Source: Dehalococcoidales bacterium
Lineage (GTDB): Bacteria; Chloroflexota; Dehalococcoidia; Dehalococcoidales; UBA2162
NCBI GenBank assembly: GCA_037440885.1
Contig: JBBITI010000018.1
Location: 1-50,564 of the forward strand
Length of the DNA stretch: 50,564 bases
Reading direction: 5' to 3'
Part shown: positions 30,943 through 39,340 of the stretch, piece by piece
Layout of the letters: every line of letters starts with the position of its first letter
Numbering within the stretch: the first letter of the stretch is position 1
Position numbers and translations under genes: made by a program
The notes under the pieces: model-generated
What the model was told of the DNA's origin: nothing
The model's database searches: none
What the model saw: the letters and a program-made list of their open reading frames with translations, nothing else

Positions 30943-32607
30943 ATGTTCACTGAAAAAACCTTGCGACAGGTACAACAAGGATTAGCTCGCTGGTTAAGTT
31001 CGATAAAATCGACCGGAAACAACCGGCGTTTTACTACTATCTCCGATTCCGATATGGAACCGATTTACACCCCGGAACACCTAAAAAAATTCGACTTTGC
31101 AGAGAAGGTCGGTTATCCGGGTGAATACCCGTTTACGCGGGGATGTCAGCCGACGGGGTATCGCGGCCGTTTGTGGACATTCCGGATGTTTTCCGGTTTT
31201 GGCACGGCCAGCGACACCAATCTGAGATGGCGCCAACTGCTCAATGAAGGGGAGACCGGGTTGAGCGCGGCTTTTGATTTTCCGACGCTCATGGGGTATG
31301 ACAGCGATGCCCCCCGGGCGCAGGCGGAAGTGGGGAAGTGCGGCGTTGCCATCGATACCCTCGAGGATTTCGAAGTTTTAACAGCGGGTATTCCGCTGGA
31401 CCGGGTAACTACTTCGATGACCATCAATCCCCCGGCCCCGCCGATCTGGGCAATGTACCTGGCGACTGCGGAACGACGGGGTATCCCCTGGGAGAACATC
31501 GGCGGTACGATACAGAATGACATGCTGAAAGAATTCCTGGCCCAGAAAACCTTCATGTGTCCCCCGGAGCCGTCGATAAGGCTGATCAGCGATACGGTAG
31601 AGTTCGGTACCAAGTATGTGCCTCGCTGGAACACGATCAGCATCAGCGGTTACCATATCCGGGAAGCCGGGTCGAACGCAGTCCAGGAACTGGCTTTCAC
31701 CCTGGCCGACGGAATTACTTATGTTCAGGATGTGATCGACCGGAAGAAGATGGATGTTGATTCTTTCGCACCGAGGTTATCTTTTTTCTTCAACTCGCAT
31801 ATAGATTTTTTTGAAGAGATAGCGAAGTTCCGGGCGGCCCGCCGGATGTGGGCGAAGATCATGCGGGACCGTTTCAAAGCCAAAAATCCCCGTTCGATGT
31901 GGATGCGCTTTCATGCCCAGACAGCCGGTTGTTCGTTGTCCGCCCAACAACCCTTCAATAACGTGGTAAGAGTATCGACCGAAGCGCTGGCAGCGGTGCT
32001 GGGGGGAGCGCAATCCCTGCATACCAATTCTCTGGATGAGGTCCATGCTTTGCCTTCCGATAATGCGGTGAAGATCGCTCTTCGTACCCAGCAGATCATC
32101 GCCGAAGAAACCGGAGTAATCAATTCCATCGACCCGCTGGCGGGTTCTTACCAGGTCGAAACGATGACCAACCAGATCGAAGAACAGGCCTGGGAATATA
32201 TCGAAAAAATCGATGGCATGGGCGGTATGCTGGCTGCCATCGACCAGGGTTTTCCGCAGAAAGAAATTGCGAACTCGTCTTACAAGTTTCAGCAACAGCT
32301 AGACCGTGGTGAAAGAGTAATGGTCGGCGTCAACAAATACACGGCCGAAGAAGAACAGGAAATCGATGTCCTGAAAATAGACGATAGAGTTACTGAAGAG
32401 CAAATAAAAAGGCTTCACGAGACAAAACGGCGCCGTGATAATACCGCAGTAAGAAAAGCTTTAAGTGATCTGCGGACTGACGCAAAATCAGGAGCCAATG
32501 TGATGCCCCGCGTTATTGAAGCGGTGCAAGCTTATGCGACGGAACAGGAGATATGCGACGTTTTCCGGGATGTTTTCGGCGTATATCACGATCCGGCCTT
32601 TTATTAG
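30943..32607 (+). CDS. B12-dependent acyl-CoA mutase large subunit, isobutyryl-CoA mutase-like
   Basis: PGEYPFTRG, GLSAAFD, GTIQNDMLKE, ISISGYHIREAG, QSLHTN; specificity positions Phe (RMFSG) and Gln (KEFLAQ). Confidence 0.9.
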   Translation: MFTEKTLRQVQQGLARWLSSIKSTGNNRRFTTISDSDMEPIYTPEHLKKFDFAEKVGYPGEYPFTRGCQPTGYRGRLWTFRMFSGFGTASDTNLRWRQLLNEGETGLSAAFDFPTLMGYDSDAPRAQAEVGKCGVAIDTLEDFEVLTAGIPLDRVTTSMTINPPAPPIWAMYLATAERRGIPWENIGGTIQNDMLKEFLAQKTFMCPPEPSIRLISDTVEFGTKYVPRWNTISISGYHIREAGSNAVQELAFTLADGITYVQDVIDRKKMDVDSFAPRLSFFFNSHIDFFEEIAKFRAARRMWAKIMRDRFKAKNPRSMWMRFHAQTAGCSLSAQQPFNNVVRVSTEALAAVLGGAQSLHTNSLDEVHALPSDNAVKIALRTQQIIAEETGVINSIDPLAGSYQVETMTNQIEEQAWEYIEKIDGMGGMLAAIDQGFPQKEIANSSYKFQQQLDRGERVMVGVNKYTAEEEQEIDVLKIDDRVTEEQIKRLHETKRRRDNTAVRKALSDLRTDAKSGANVMPRVIEAVQAYATEQEICDVFRDVFGVYHDPAFY

Positions 32608-32712
32608 CCCCGTGACGAAACCGGAAACATATTGCGCAGCGGGTTAACGAGAGTTTATAGTGTGGCAACACCTGAGAAAAGAACTACAGTAAATAGATAG
32701 GACCTGTGAAAG

Positions 32713-33132
32713 ATGGTTGAGCAACAAAAGATAAGAGTACTGGTGGCAAAACCCGGGTTGGACGGGCATGATCGGGGGGCGAAGGTAATCGCCCGGGCTT
32801 ATCGCGATGCCGGATTCGAAGTCATTTACCTGGGTTTGCACCAGACCCCGGAACAGATAGTCAACGCCGCAATACAGGAAGATGTGGACCTTGTCGGCCT
32901 TTCCTGTCATTCCGGTGCCCATATGCACTTATTCCGCGAGGTCATCCGCCAGCTTGCCGAACGGGGAGGCAGCGGCATCGCAGTAATCGGAGGCGGGATC
33001 ATTCCCCGGGAAGATATCATCGAACTGAAGAAGATCGGGGTGAAAGAGATTTTTCTGCCCGGCACACCGATGGAGAAAGTCGTGGAATGGACGCGCCACA
33101 ATATTAAACCACTGTACCGGAGCAGTGACTGA
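32713..33132 (+). CDS. acyl-CoA mutase small (cobalamin-binding) subunit
   Basis: [14 protein letters not shown] (DxHxxG), GGGIIP. Confidence 0.93.
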   Translation: MVEQQKIRVLVAKPGLDGHDRGAKVIARAYRDAGFEVIYLGLHQTPEQIVNAAIQEDVDLVGLSCHSGAHMHLFREVIRQLAERGGSGIAVIGGGIIPREDIIELKKIGVKEIFLPGTPMEKVVEWTRHNIKPLYRSSD

Positions 33133-33237
33133 AAAGAGACTTATGGATAATTTCATCCGGAGACCGACTGTATGACACCTCTCCGGCGAATAAAGAAATA
33201 ATCAACCGGAGAGCAGTAGTTTATTGGGAAGAAAGCG

Positions 33238-34185
33238 ATGGATTTAGCCAAAAAAGTGGTGACGGGCGATGTCCTGTCGGCGGCCAGATTGATCAGACGT
33301 TTAGAGGATGAAGTAGACGGAGCAGCAGCCGAACTGGATGAGATATATCTGCACACCGGGCGGGCGCATATCATCGGGATTACCGGCGCGCCCGGGGCCG
33401 GGAAAAGCACGATCGTCGGTTGCATGATCGGCCATTTCCGGAAGCGTCAAAAAACAGTCGGCGTAGTGGCCGTTGATCCCAGCAGTCCTTTCAGCGGCGG
33501 CGCAATCCTGGGGGACCGCGTCAGGATGCAAAACTACGGCGGCGATAAAGAGGTCTTTATCCGCAGTCTGGCCAGCCGGGGATGGAAAGGCGGCCTTTCG
33601 CGCGCCACTCTGAGTACCGTGCATGTCATGGATGCCATGGGAAAAGATGTCATCCTGATAGAAGCGGTGGGGTCGGGGCAGGCGGACATCGATATCGCCC
33701 GGATTTCCGATACTCTGGTACTGGTATTAACCCCGGGAGCCGGAGACGAAGTCCAGATGATGAAAGCGGGAATCCTGGAAGCAGCGGACATATTCGTGAT
33801 CAACAAGGCGGATATGGCCGGGGCAGACCGCTTCCGGTTAAGCCTCGACGCCATGCTGGCAATGTCGACAAGAGGGCGGAAAGAGGGCGAATGGAAACCC
33901 CCGGTAATAATGGCGGAGGCAACTTTCGATAAAGGTCTGGACGAGGTGATTACTGCCGTCGTTGATCATTACCGGTATTTGACCAGCAGCGCCGAGTTGT
34001 TGAAGCGCCGTAGAGAACGAGCCCGTTTGGAGCTTGCTTGGGCCGCTGAAGACTACGTGAAGCGGCACCTGGATAAAATGGACCCGCAACAACTGGAAAA
34101 CCTGGTAGAAGACCTGGCGCAGAGAAAAAATAACCCGCGGTCGACAGCTTCGGGCATAATCGCGGCGATGTCATCAGGAGGATAG
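33238..34185 (+). CDS. meaB: MeaB/ArgK mutase-associated GTPase chaperone
   Basis: GAPGAGKST, AVDPSSPFSGGAILGDRVRM, VINKAD. Confidence 0.93.
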   Translation: MDLAKKVVTGDVLSAARLIRRLEDEVDGAAAELDEIYLHTGRAHIIGITGAPGAGKSTIVGCMIGHFRKRQKTVGVVAVDPSSPFSGGAILGDRVRMQNYGGDKEVFIRSLASRGWKGGLSRATLSTVHVMDAMGKDVILIEAVGSGQADIDIARISDTLVLVLTPGAGDEVQMMKAGILEAADIFVINKADMAGADRFRLSLDAMLAMSTRGRKEGEWKPPVIMAEATFDKGLDEVITAVVDHYRYLTSSAELLKRRRERARLELAWAAEDYVKRHLDKMDPQQLENLVEDLAQRKNNPRSTASGIIAAMSSGG

Positions 34186-35331
34186 ATGGATTTCTCAATC
34201 ACGGAACCGCAACAAATGCTCCGGACGATGGTGCACGATTTTGCCGAGAAGGAACTGGAACCGATCGCCGCCCAGATCGATGAAGAAGCCCGCTTCCCGG
34301 CCGCACAGATTGCGAAAATGGGAGAATTAGGGCTGATGGGCATTGCTTTCCCTGAAAAATATGGCGGTGGCGGGGGGGGTAAAATCGAAGAGATTATCAT
34401 CGACGAAGAGCTTTCCCGGGTCTCCGCGGCAGTGGCGACGATTGTTTTCGTCACCAGCGGACTGGCCGGGTGGCCTTTATTCCGATACAGCAATGATGAG
34501 CAAAAACAGCGGTTCATCGTTCCCATCGCTACCGGCAAGAAGCTGGCCAGTTTTGCTTTAACCGAACCGAGCGCCGGGAGTGATGCGGCGTCGCTGCAGA
34601 CCAGGGCACGCCGAGTGCATGGCGGTTACCGCCTTGACGGGACCAAGGTTTTCATCAGCAATGGCGCCGAAGCGGAAATCTTCCTCGTATTTGCTACACT
34701 GGATCCGGGTTTAAAGCATAAAGGGATCACCGGTTTCATCGTTGAACAAGGAACCCCCGGTTTTAAAGTGGCGAAAGTGGAGCACAAGCTGGGTATTCGG
34801 GCTTCCTCGACAGCAGAACTGGTATTTGAAGAGTGTTTTGTGCCAGAAGAAAACCGGCTCGACGGGGAGGGGGAAGGTTTTAAAATTGCTGTCAATGCCA
34901 TCGATTCCAGCCGGGTGTCCGTCGCCGCCCAGGGAATCGGGATTGCCCGCGGGGCGTTTGAAAAAGCGCTGGCTTACGCTAAAGAGCGGCACCAGTTCGG
35001 ACAGGCTATTGCCGATTTCCAGGCGATCCAGTGGATGCTGGCGGACATGGCAACACAGATGGACGCCGCCCGTTTGTTGACCTATCGCGCCGCTTATCTG
35101 CAGGAACACGGCCAGCCATTCATCAAAGAGGCTTCGATGGCCAAGCTGTTCGCCGCCGAAGCCGCAATGTTCGTGACGACGAAAGCGATCCAGATACACG
35201 GCGGCTACGGTTACATCAAGACCTTCCCGGTGGAACGTTATTTCCGCGATGCGCGGATACTGGAGATTTACGAAGGCACTTCAGAGATGCAACGCCGCAC
35301 CATCGCGCGGCAGTTACTACGGGAGAGCTGA
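34186..35331 (+). CDS. short/branched-chain acyl-CoA dehydrogenase
   Basis: FALTEPSAGSDA, KLGIRAS, QIHGGYGY, IYEGT. Confidence 0.95.
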   Translation: MDFSITEPQQMLRTMVHDFAEKELEPIAAQIDEEARFPAAQIAKMGELGLMGIAFPEKYGGGGGGKIEEIIIDEELSRVSAAVATIVFVTSGLAGWPLFRYSNDEQKQRFIVPIATGKKLASFALTEPSAGSDAASLQTRARRVHGGYRLDGTKVFISNGAEAEIFLVFATLDPGLKHKGITGFIVEQGTPGFKVAKVEHKLGIRASSTAELVFEECFVPEENRLDGEGEGFKIAVNAIDSSRVSVAAQGIGIARGAFEKALAYAKERHQFGQAIADFQAIQWMLADMATQMDAARLLTYRAAYLQEHGQPFIKEASMAKLFAAEAAMFVTTKAIQIHGGYGYIKTFPVERYFRDARILEIYEGTSEMQRRTIARQLLRES

Positions 35332-35462
35332 CCCGGCTTCCGCTTCATCTTACGGTAACTGTGCGCCAGCCTGGTTAGTCCCTTCGCAATACGCTTCTCG
35401 AACCGGTCGTGGATAGCCTTCTCCCTGTGATAATCAGCATTCAGAGAATACGAACCATGCTG

Positions 35463-36449
35463 TTAAAGTGGTTTCACAGGAACATAAATGTCGACGATGC
35501 ATTTTCCTTCAGGATGCGTCTTAGCATCATTCAGATACAATTCGAAGCCGGGACGATCATCCGGTTGATAACCACTTTCCGGTAGCCATCCTCCATAAAT
35601 TGCAGCCCAGGCATCGGTATACTGGTCGGGTTTTATTTCGAAATGAGCAATCGCATTCTTCCCGGCCGGAATTGTTGTTTTTCCCACTTCTCCATCGACT
35701 TTTGTCTCCGGAGACACGGTAATCCCTACATCGATCCTAAGTTTATTATGGTCTGTTAACTCGGGGCTGTCATGATAGATCGTAAGTGTTTTCATCTCTG
35801 GAGATGTCAGGAGACCGCGAGGCCCAGCCCATGAATATAATTTATTAAACAAGCGGTTAAAAAGATCGACGTCTCCGGCATAGGGTCCGATGTGGCGGAT
35901 ATAGGCTACATGCATCTCCGGCGTATCCTTTACTTCGATATTAGCGATCAGACTATTTGTTGGTTTCAATGATACCCTCCATTCCTGTTTATTCACACTG
36001 TAATTCAGACGAGGGCCTATTTCTTGCCGGAAATTGCTTTCAACCTGCCATTCCGTGCGTTCTACTTGACGAATCTTGCGGTTAACCTGATATCCACCGT
36101 TACGCCATTCGCTGGCACTCATGCCAAAGGTCCTTTTGAATATCCGGGCAAAGGTCGAAGCCCCGGAAAATCCGCACGAAAGCGCAATATCAGTGATCGA
36201 TTCTTTAGGATTTCGCAATAGCATAGAGGCTGCTTTTTCAACCCGAACCCGTTGAATATAGCTAAATATGGTTTCTCCGATCAAAGAGCCGAATATTTTA
36301 TGGAAATGGAAAGGGGAAAAACCGGCAATACCTGCTAAAGCAGACAAAGATAATTCGCGGTCAATGTTAGTCTCAATATAGTCAATAACACGATTGACGC
36401 GGGCAGTGTATTCTTCACGAAGATATTTCTGGCGGCTGTTTTTGATCAT
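35463..36449 (-). CDS. AraC family regulator with a C-terminal GyrI-like effector domain
   Basis: FSPFHFHKIF, ITDIALSCGFS..FARIFK, HIGPY, WLPESGYQPDDRP.FELY. Confidence 0.92.
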   Translation of the reverse strand: MIKNSRQKYLREEYTARVNRVIDYIETNIDRELSLSALAGIAGFSPFHFHKIFGSLIGETIFSYIQRVRVEKAASMLLRNPKESITDIALSCGFSGASTFARIFKRTFGMSASEWRNGGYQVNRKIRQVERTEWQVESNFRQEIGPRLNYSVNKQEWRVSLKPTNSLIANIEVKDTPEMHVAYIRHIGPYAGDVDLFNRLFNKLYSWAGPRGLLTSPEMKTLTIYHDSPELTDHNKLRIDVGITVSPETKVDGEVGKTTIPAGKNAIAHFEIKPDQYTDAWAAIYGGWLPESGYQPDDRPGFELYLNDAKTHPEGKCIVDIYVPVKPL

Positions 36450-36543
36450 GAGTAATTATATCATTCGATCTACCAGGTTATCGTATCCAGATTAAAAACT
36501 GACTCGAATTGGTCTTTAGCCTTGAGACTTAATTGCCAAAGCC

Positions 36544-36861
36544 CTAACTGTCCATACCGAGAGCGAAGTGTAGAGCGACCTCGACAGCTTTGAGCTTCTC
36601 AGCGCTGAGTGTGGTTAGCTTGTCCTGCAAACTTGCCCTTGCTATTGTAGTAATCGTATCCAAGTTGACAACACAAGCCTTGGGCAAGCCGTCCTCGAGA
36701 CTCAATGGGACCTCAGAAGGGATATGGCGTATCCTGCTAGTCACAGGAGCGATGGTAACGAGCTCTCTAACGGTATATGCCTCGTCACGCGATAGGAGAA
36801 GTACGGGACGCCTACCCGCCGGCAGGCCCAGGTCTGCCCACCAAATTTCACCGCGTTTCAT
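36544..36861 (-). CDS. PemK/MazF family toxin
   Basis: MKRGEIWWADL, RRPVLLLS, APVTS, VNLDTITTI. Confidence 0.92.
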   Translation of the reverse strand: MKRGEIWWADLGLPAGRRPVLLLSRDEAYTVRELVTIAPVTSRIRHIPSEVPLSLEDGLPKACVVNLDTITTIARASLQDKLTTLSAEKLKAVEVALHFALGMDS

Positions 36862-37115
36862 TACCAGGGCTCCTCAGCAAGCGTACTTACTCCTATCTGA
36901 TGTATCGCCCCAACTTCCCCAGCGGACTCCGGTATCGTGGAGTAACCCCGAATATATTTCTCTACTTCTTTTGATTGCTGCTCCTGTCTTAACAGTCTCT
37001 CGGCCGCGTGGCGAAAGAATTCGCTCCGGCTCTGACCCTTTTCTTTCCGCTCTTTCTCAATAGCTCTCAATGTAGTTTCAGGTAGACTTATGGCCACCTT
37101 TGTGGTCTTGTCCAT
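36861..37115 (-). CDS. ribbon-helix-helix (CopG-type) antitoxin
   Basis: KVAISLPE..L..IE...GQSRSEFFR; its stop overlaps the toxin start (TAATG). Confidence 0.88.
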   Translation of the reverse strand: MDKTTKVAISLPETTLRAIEKERKEKGQSRSEFFRHAAERLLRQEQQSKEVEKYIRGYSTIPESAGEVGAIHQIGVSTLAEEPW

Positions 37116-37134
37116 CAAAACACCCCCGAATCAT

Positions 37135-37183
37135 TCATACTACTATCATACCAAAGTATGAACCATGGTATCCAGTTTGTCAA
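37135..37183 (-). promoter_or_regulatory. TA promoter with TCATAC operator repeats
   Basis: Minus strand TTGACA-N17-CATACT; inverted repeat TCATAC-CAAA-GTATGA (37146-37161) plus a third TCATAC (37135-37140). Confidence 0.6.
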
Positions 37184-37465
37184 TAGGTGGAGATAGAAAG
37201 GGAACCGGTTAACCCGTTCATAATGCGACTCTGTAGCGATGAAGATCACAGTCGTTTGTCGAAGTCCTCGACGTGCATTCCAGCATCCTTCATTTCCACC
37301 GTCATGACGCTGAGATTACCACTTAATATTTTCCCTAAAATCTTAGGAACAGTTTGTTCACCGGACGAATCTCGCAGCGTAACAATGAAGGTCTACGATG
37401 TTTCCCAAAAGTGTTCGATTTTGCATCAGATTGTAGTAAAAATGTTGAAAATAAAGTTGCGGGAA

Positions 37466-37480
37466 TGGTGGGCGGTACTG
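37466..37480 (-). repeat. displaced 3' end of tRNA-Val (att-like direct repeat)
   Basis: Minus strand CAGTACCGCCCACCA matches the tRNA 3' end CAGTATCGCCCA at 11/12 and adds CCA. Confidence 0.65.
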
Positions 37481-37508
37481 CCCAATACGCAGAACTAAAA
37501 CCTTTGAG

Positions 37509-37778
37509 TTAAGTTTTAGTCTGGTAATCTAGTCTGATGTTGAAACCAATTTCCGAGTAATGCACGCTCCTGACTACACACTGACTAATCAATTCGTCTT
37601 TTGATCGATAAAAGCGCGACGGAAGTCTGCGAAATAATCCCAGAAGAGAAGGTGAAACTCCTTTTAATTCAGCATGGTGAATTATTTCAGCTTTAGTCAA
37701 AGGGAAAGAGATACCTTCCAATAGCAGTTCTAACCTTTTGTCAGTAATCGCAGAAGAAATAAAGATTTCTTCTGTCAT
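37509..37778 (-). CDS. DUF2795-like small protein
   Basis: LEGISFPLTKAEIIHHA...LP.R.Y.SKDEL pattern; GGAGG RBS. Confidence 0.7.
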   Translation of the reverse strand: MTEEIFISSAITDKRLELLLEGISFPLTKAEIIHHAELKGVSPSLLGLFRRLPSRFYRSKDELISQCVVRSVHYSEIGFNIRLDYQTKT

Positions 37779-37827
37779 CTTTAACCTCCCTGCTCGTGAA
37801 TATTTTGAATTACTCTAATGGGCACGG

Positions 37828-37861
37828 AGACACAGCCGAGTGCGGTTCCTCGGCTGTGTCT
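37828..37861. other. 13-bp perfect hairpin between hsp20 and the DUF2795 gene
   Basis: AGACACAGCCGAG-N8-CTCGGCTGTGTCT; no U-tract on the transcribed (minus) strand. Confidence 0.6.
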
Positions 37862-37884
37862 TACAAGATGGCCCCAACCCCTTT

Positions 37885-38346
37885 CTACTTCTTAGCTTCA
37901 ATAGCTTTAGATCCGCTGCCGATCTGGATTTTAATCTGCTTCTTCTTTTTCTCCTCGGCTTTAGGTAAGACGATAGTTAAAACACCGTTTTCGTAGGTTG
38001 AGTGAACCTTGTTTCCGTCGACTGTCTCCGGTAATCGTAGAGCCCGATAAAACGATCCAGTAGGTCTTTCCTGAACAAGATAGACCGATTTTTCGTCTTC
38101 GAAATCAGGCTTTCTATCAGCCCGGAGTGTAAGAATATTGTCCTCAATAGCCAGATCGATTGTTTCTGGTTTAACTCCAGGTATGGATGCCTTAACAACT
38201 AGCTCGTCGGGTCTCTGTACCACATCCAGCGAAATATTCCAATCTTCCGTACCGGCCGTAGCACCACCAAAACCACGCCATAGCCTGTTCATTGTCTCAT
38301 CCATTTGTCTCAGATCTCGGAATGGGTCCCATCTCTGCATTACCAT
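37885..38346 (-). CDS. Hsp20/alpha-crystallin small heat shock protein
   Basis: WDPFRDL, IPGV, ER..GSFYRALRLP, YENGVLTIVLPK, IKI; AGGAGG RBS. Confidence 0.95.
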   Translation of the reverse strand: MVMQRWDPFRDLRQMDETMNRLWRGFGGATAGTEDWNISLDVVQRPDELVVKASIPGVKPETIDLAIEDNILTLRADRKPDFEDEKSVYLVQERPTGSFYRALRLPETVDGNKVHSTYENGVLTIVLPKAEEKKKKQIKIQIGSGSKAIEAKK

Positions 38347-38617
38347 TGTTATTTCCTCCTTTTTTGTATTTGTTTTTACTATATTCGTTTTTCAAGCGTT
38401 AATATTTCAATAGACTTAAAACTTGTTTGCATTATGCTGTTAGTACATTCATTATCACCCCCAATGCATCAAACTTTTTATCAAAAAATAACTGCAGGCT
38501 CAATTTGCCTTACGAGCCCGCAGCCACTGGTCAACGTATAAGTAGTTTCTATAAAACCCAGCATTAATGGCTCGGGCGTCATAAAAGCCACTATTTACTT
38601 GTCTACTTAGATTCCGA

Positions 38618-38917
38618 TTATTTCCGTTCTCCTCTTCTCATCGCCAGGATTGCTTTTATCCCTTCAACGTTGATGCCTTCGTCTTCAAGTTTGGCAGCCT
38701 GCTTTATTATCTCAATGTCTTTCTCTGAGAATAGCCGCTGATGACCTTCGGTTCTTTCGGGGGTTAGCAATCCTCCTTCTTCATATTTCCGGATTCGATA
38801 AGGATCAACTCCCGTCAACTTCACCGCTATAGCCATAGTAAAATTGTTGGGCCCCCTAGTTTTTTCTCGCTCTCCTGTCTTCTCAGACGACACTGCTAAC
38901 CCTTTCTCTGGCTCCAC
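38618..38917 (-). CDS. MerR family regulator, HspR-like
   Basis: IRKYEEGGLLTPERTEGHQRLFSEKDI, EGINVEGIKAIL. Confidence 0.88.
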   Translation of the reverse strand: MEPEKGLAVSSEKTGEREKTRGPNNFTMAIAVKLTGVDPYRIRKYEEGGLLTPERTEGHQRLFSEKDIEIIKQAAKLEDEGINVEGIKAILAMRRGERK

Positions 38918-38932
38918 TTATTTCTAGGATTT

Positions 38933-38960
38933 ATTATAGCATATCTATCTAACTTGTCAA
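38933..38960 (-). promoter_or_regulatory. promoter of merR-hsp20
   Basis: Minus strand TTGACA-N16-TATAAT with an extended TG. Confidence 0.65.
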
Positions 38961-39107
38961 GTATCTTATAAAATTATTTAGGTATTATAAATAAATATGG
39001 AATAATATTCTTCAAACACAACGAATTATCTCAGGAAAGATTTATGGAAATAATAGAGATAACTGTTAACCTTTGTAGTAGAAAAGTATCACAAAATGTT
39101 AACAAAC

Positions 39108-39181
39108 TGGGCGATACTGGACTCGAACCAGTGGCCTTTGCGATGTCAACGCAATGCTCTAACCAGCTGAGCTAACCGCCC
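39108..39181 (-). tRNA. tRNA-Val(GAC), CCA not encoded
   Basis: GGGCGGTTAGCTCAGCTGGTTAGAGCATTGCGTTGACATCGCAAAGGCCACTGGTTCGAGTCCAGTATCGCCCA folds as a cloverleaf with anticodon GAC. Confidence 0.97.
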
Positions 39182-39195
39182 TCGAAGTAACTAGA

Positions 39196-39247
39196 ATTCT
39201 ACCAGATAGCCACCTGACTTGACAAGCTCTACGGTGTCCTCTAAACT
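39196..39247. promoter_or_regulatory. divergent promoters for tRNA-Val and DUF47-pit
   Basis: Plus: TTGACA(39219)-N17-TAAACT. Minus: TGG-TAGAAT with a TTGTCA -35; both use the palindrome CTTGACAAG. Confidence 0.55.
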
Positions 39248-39340
39248 GAACTCGTTCCATGATAAACCAGCCAGGTGAGTTATTCCATACCGGGATAAGC
39301 GCTCGTTCTTCCAGAATTCAGAACTCCGGGAGGGATAATC

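Larger units (their letters stand above)
37466..39119. mobile_element. small integrase-less genomic islet at tRNA-Val (DUF2795, hsp20, merR)
   Basis: Bounded by the tRNA 3'-end repeat, visibly AT-richer than the flanks, no recombinase ORF. Confidence 0.5.

Noticed and set aside
35395-36515. CTCGAACC (about 35397) and ACTGACTCGAA (about 36498) as additional tRNA-derived att remnants
   Set aside because: Matches of 8-10 nt to the T-arm only; too short to support.
37187-37498. 103-aa plus-strand ORF
   Set aside because: No RBS or family motif, and it crosses the att-like junction.
38530-38560. Purine-riboswitch-like words (CGTATAA...GTTTCTA)
   Set aside because: The P2 and P3 stems and spacing of the aptamer are missing, it is on the non-transcribed strand, and there is no purine gene downstream.
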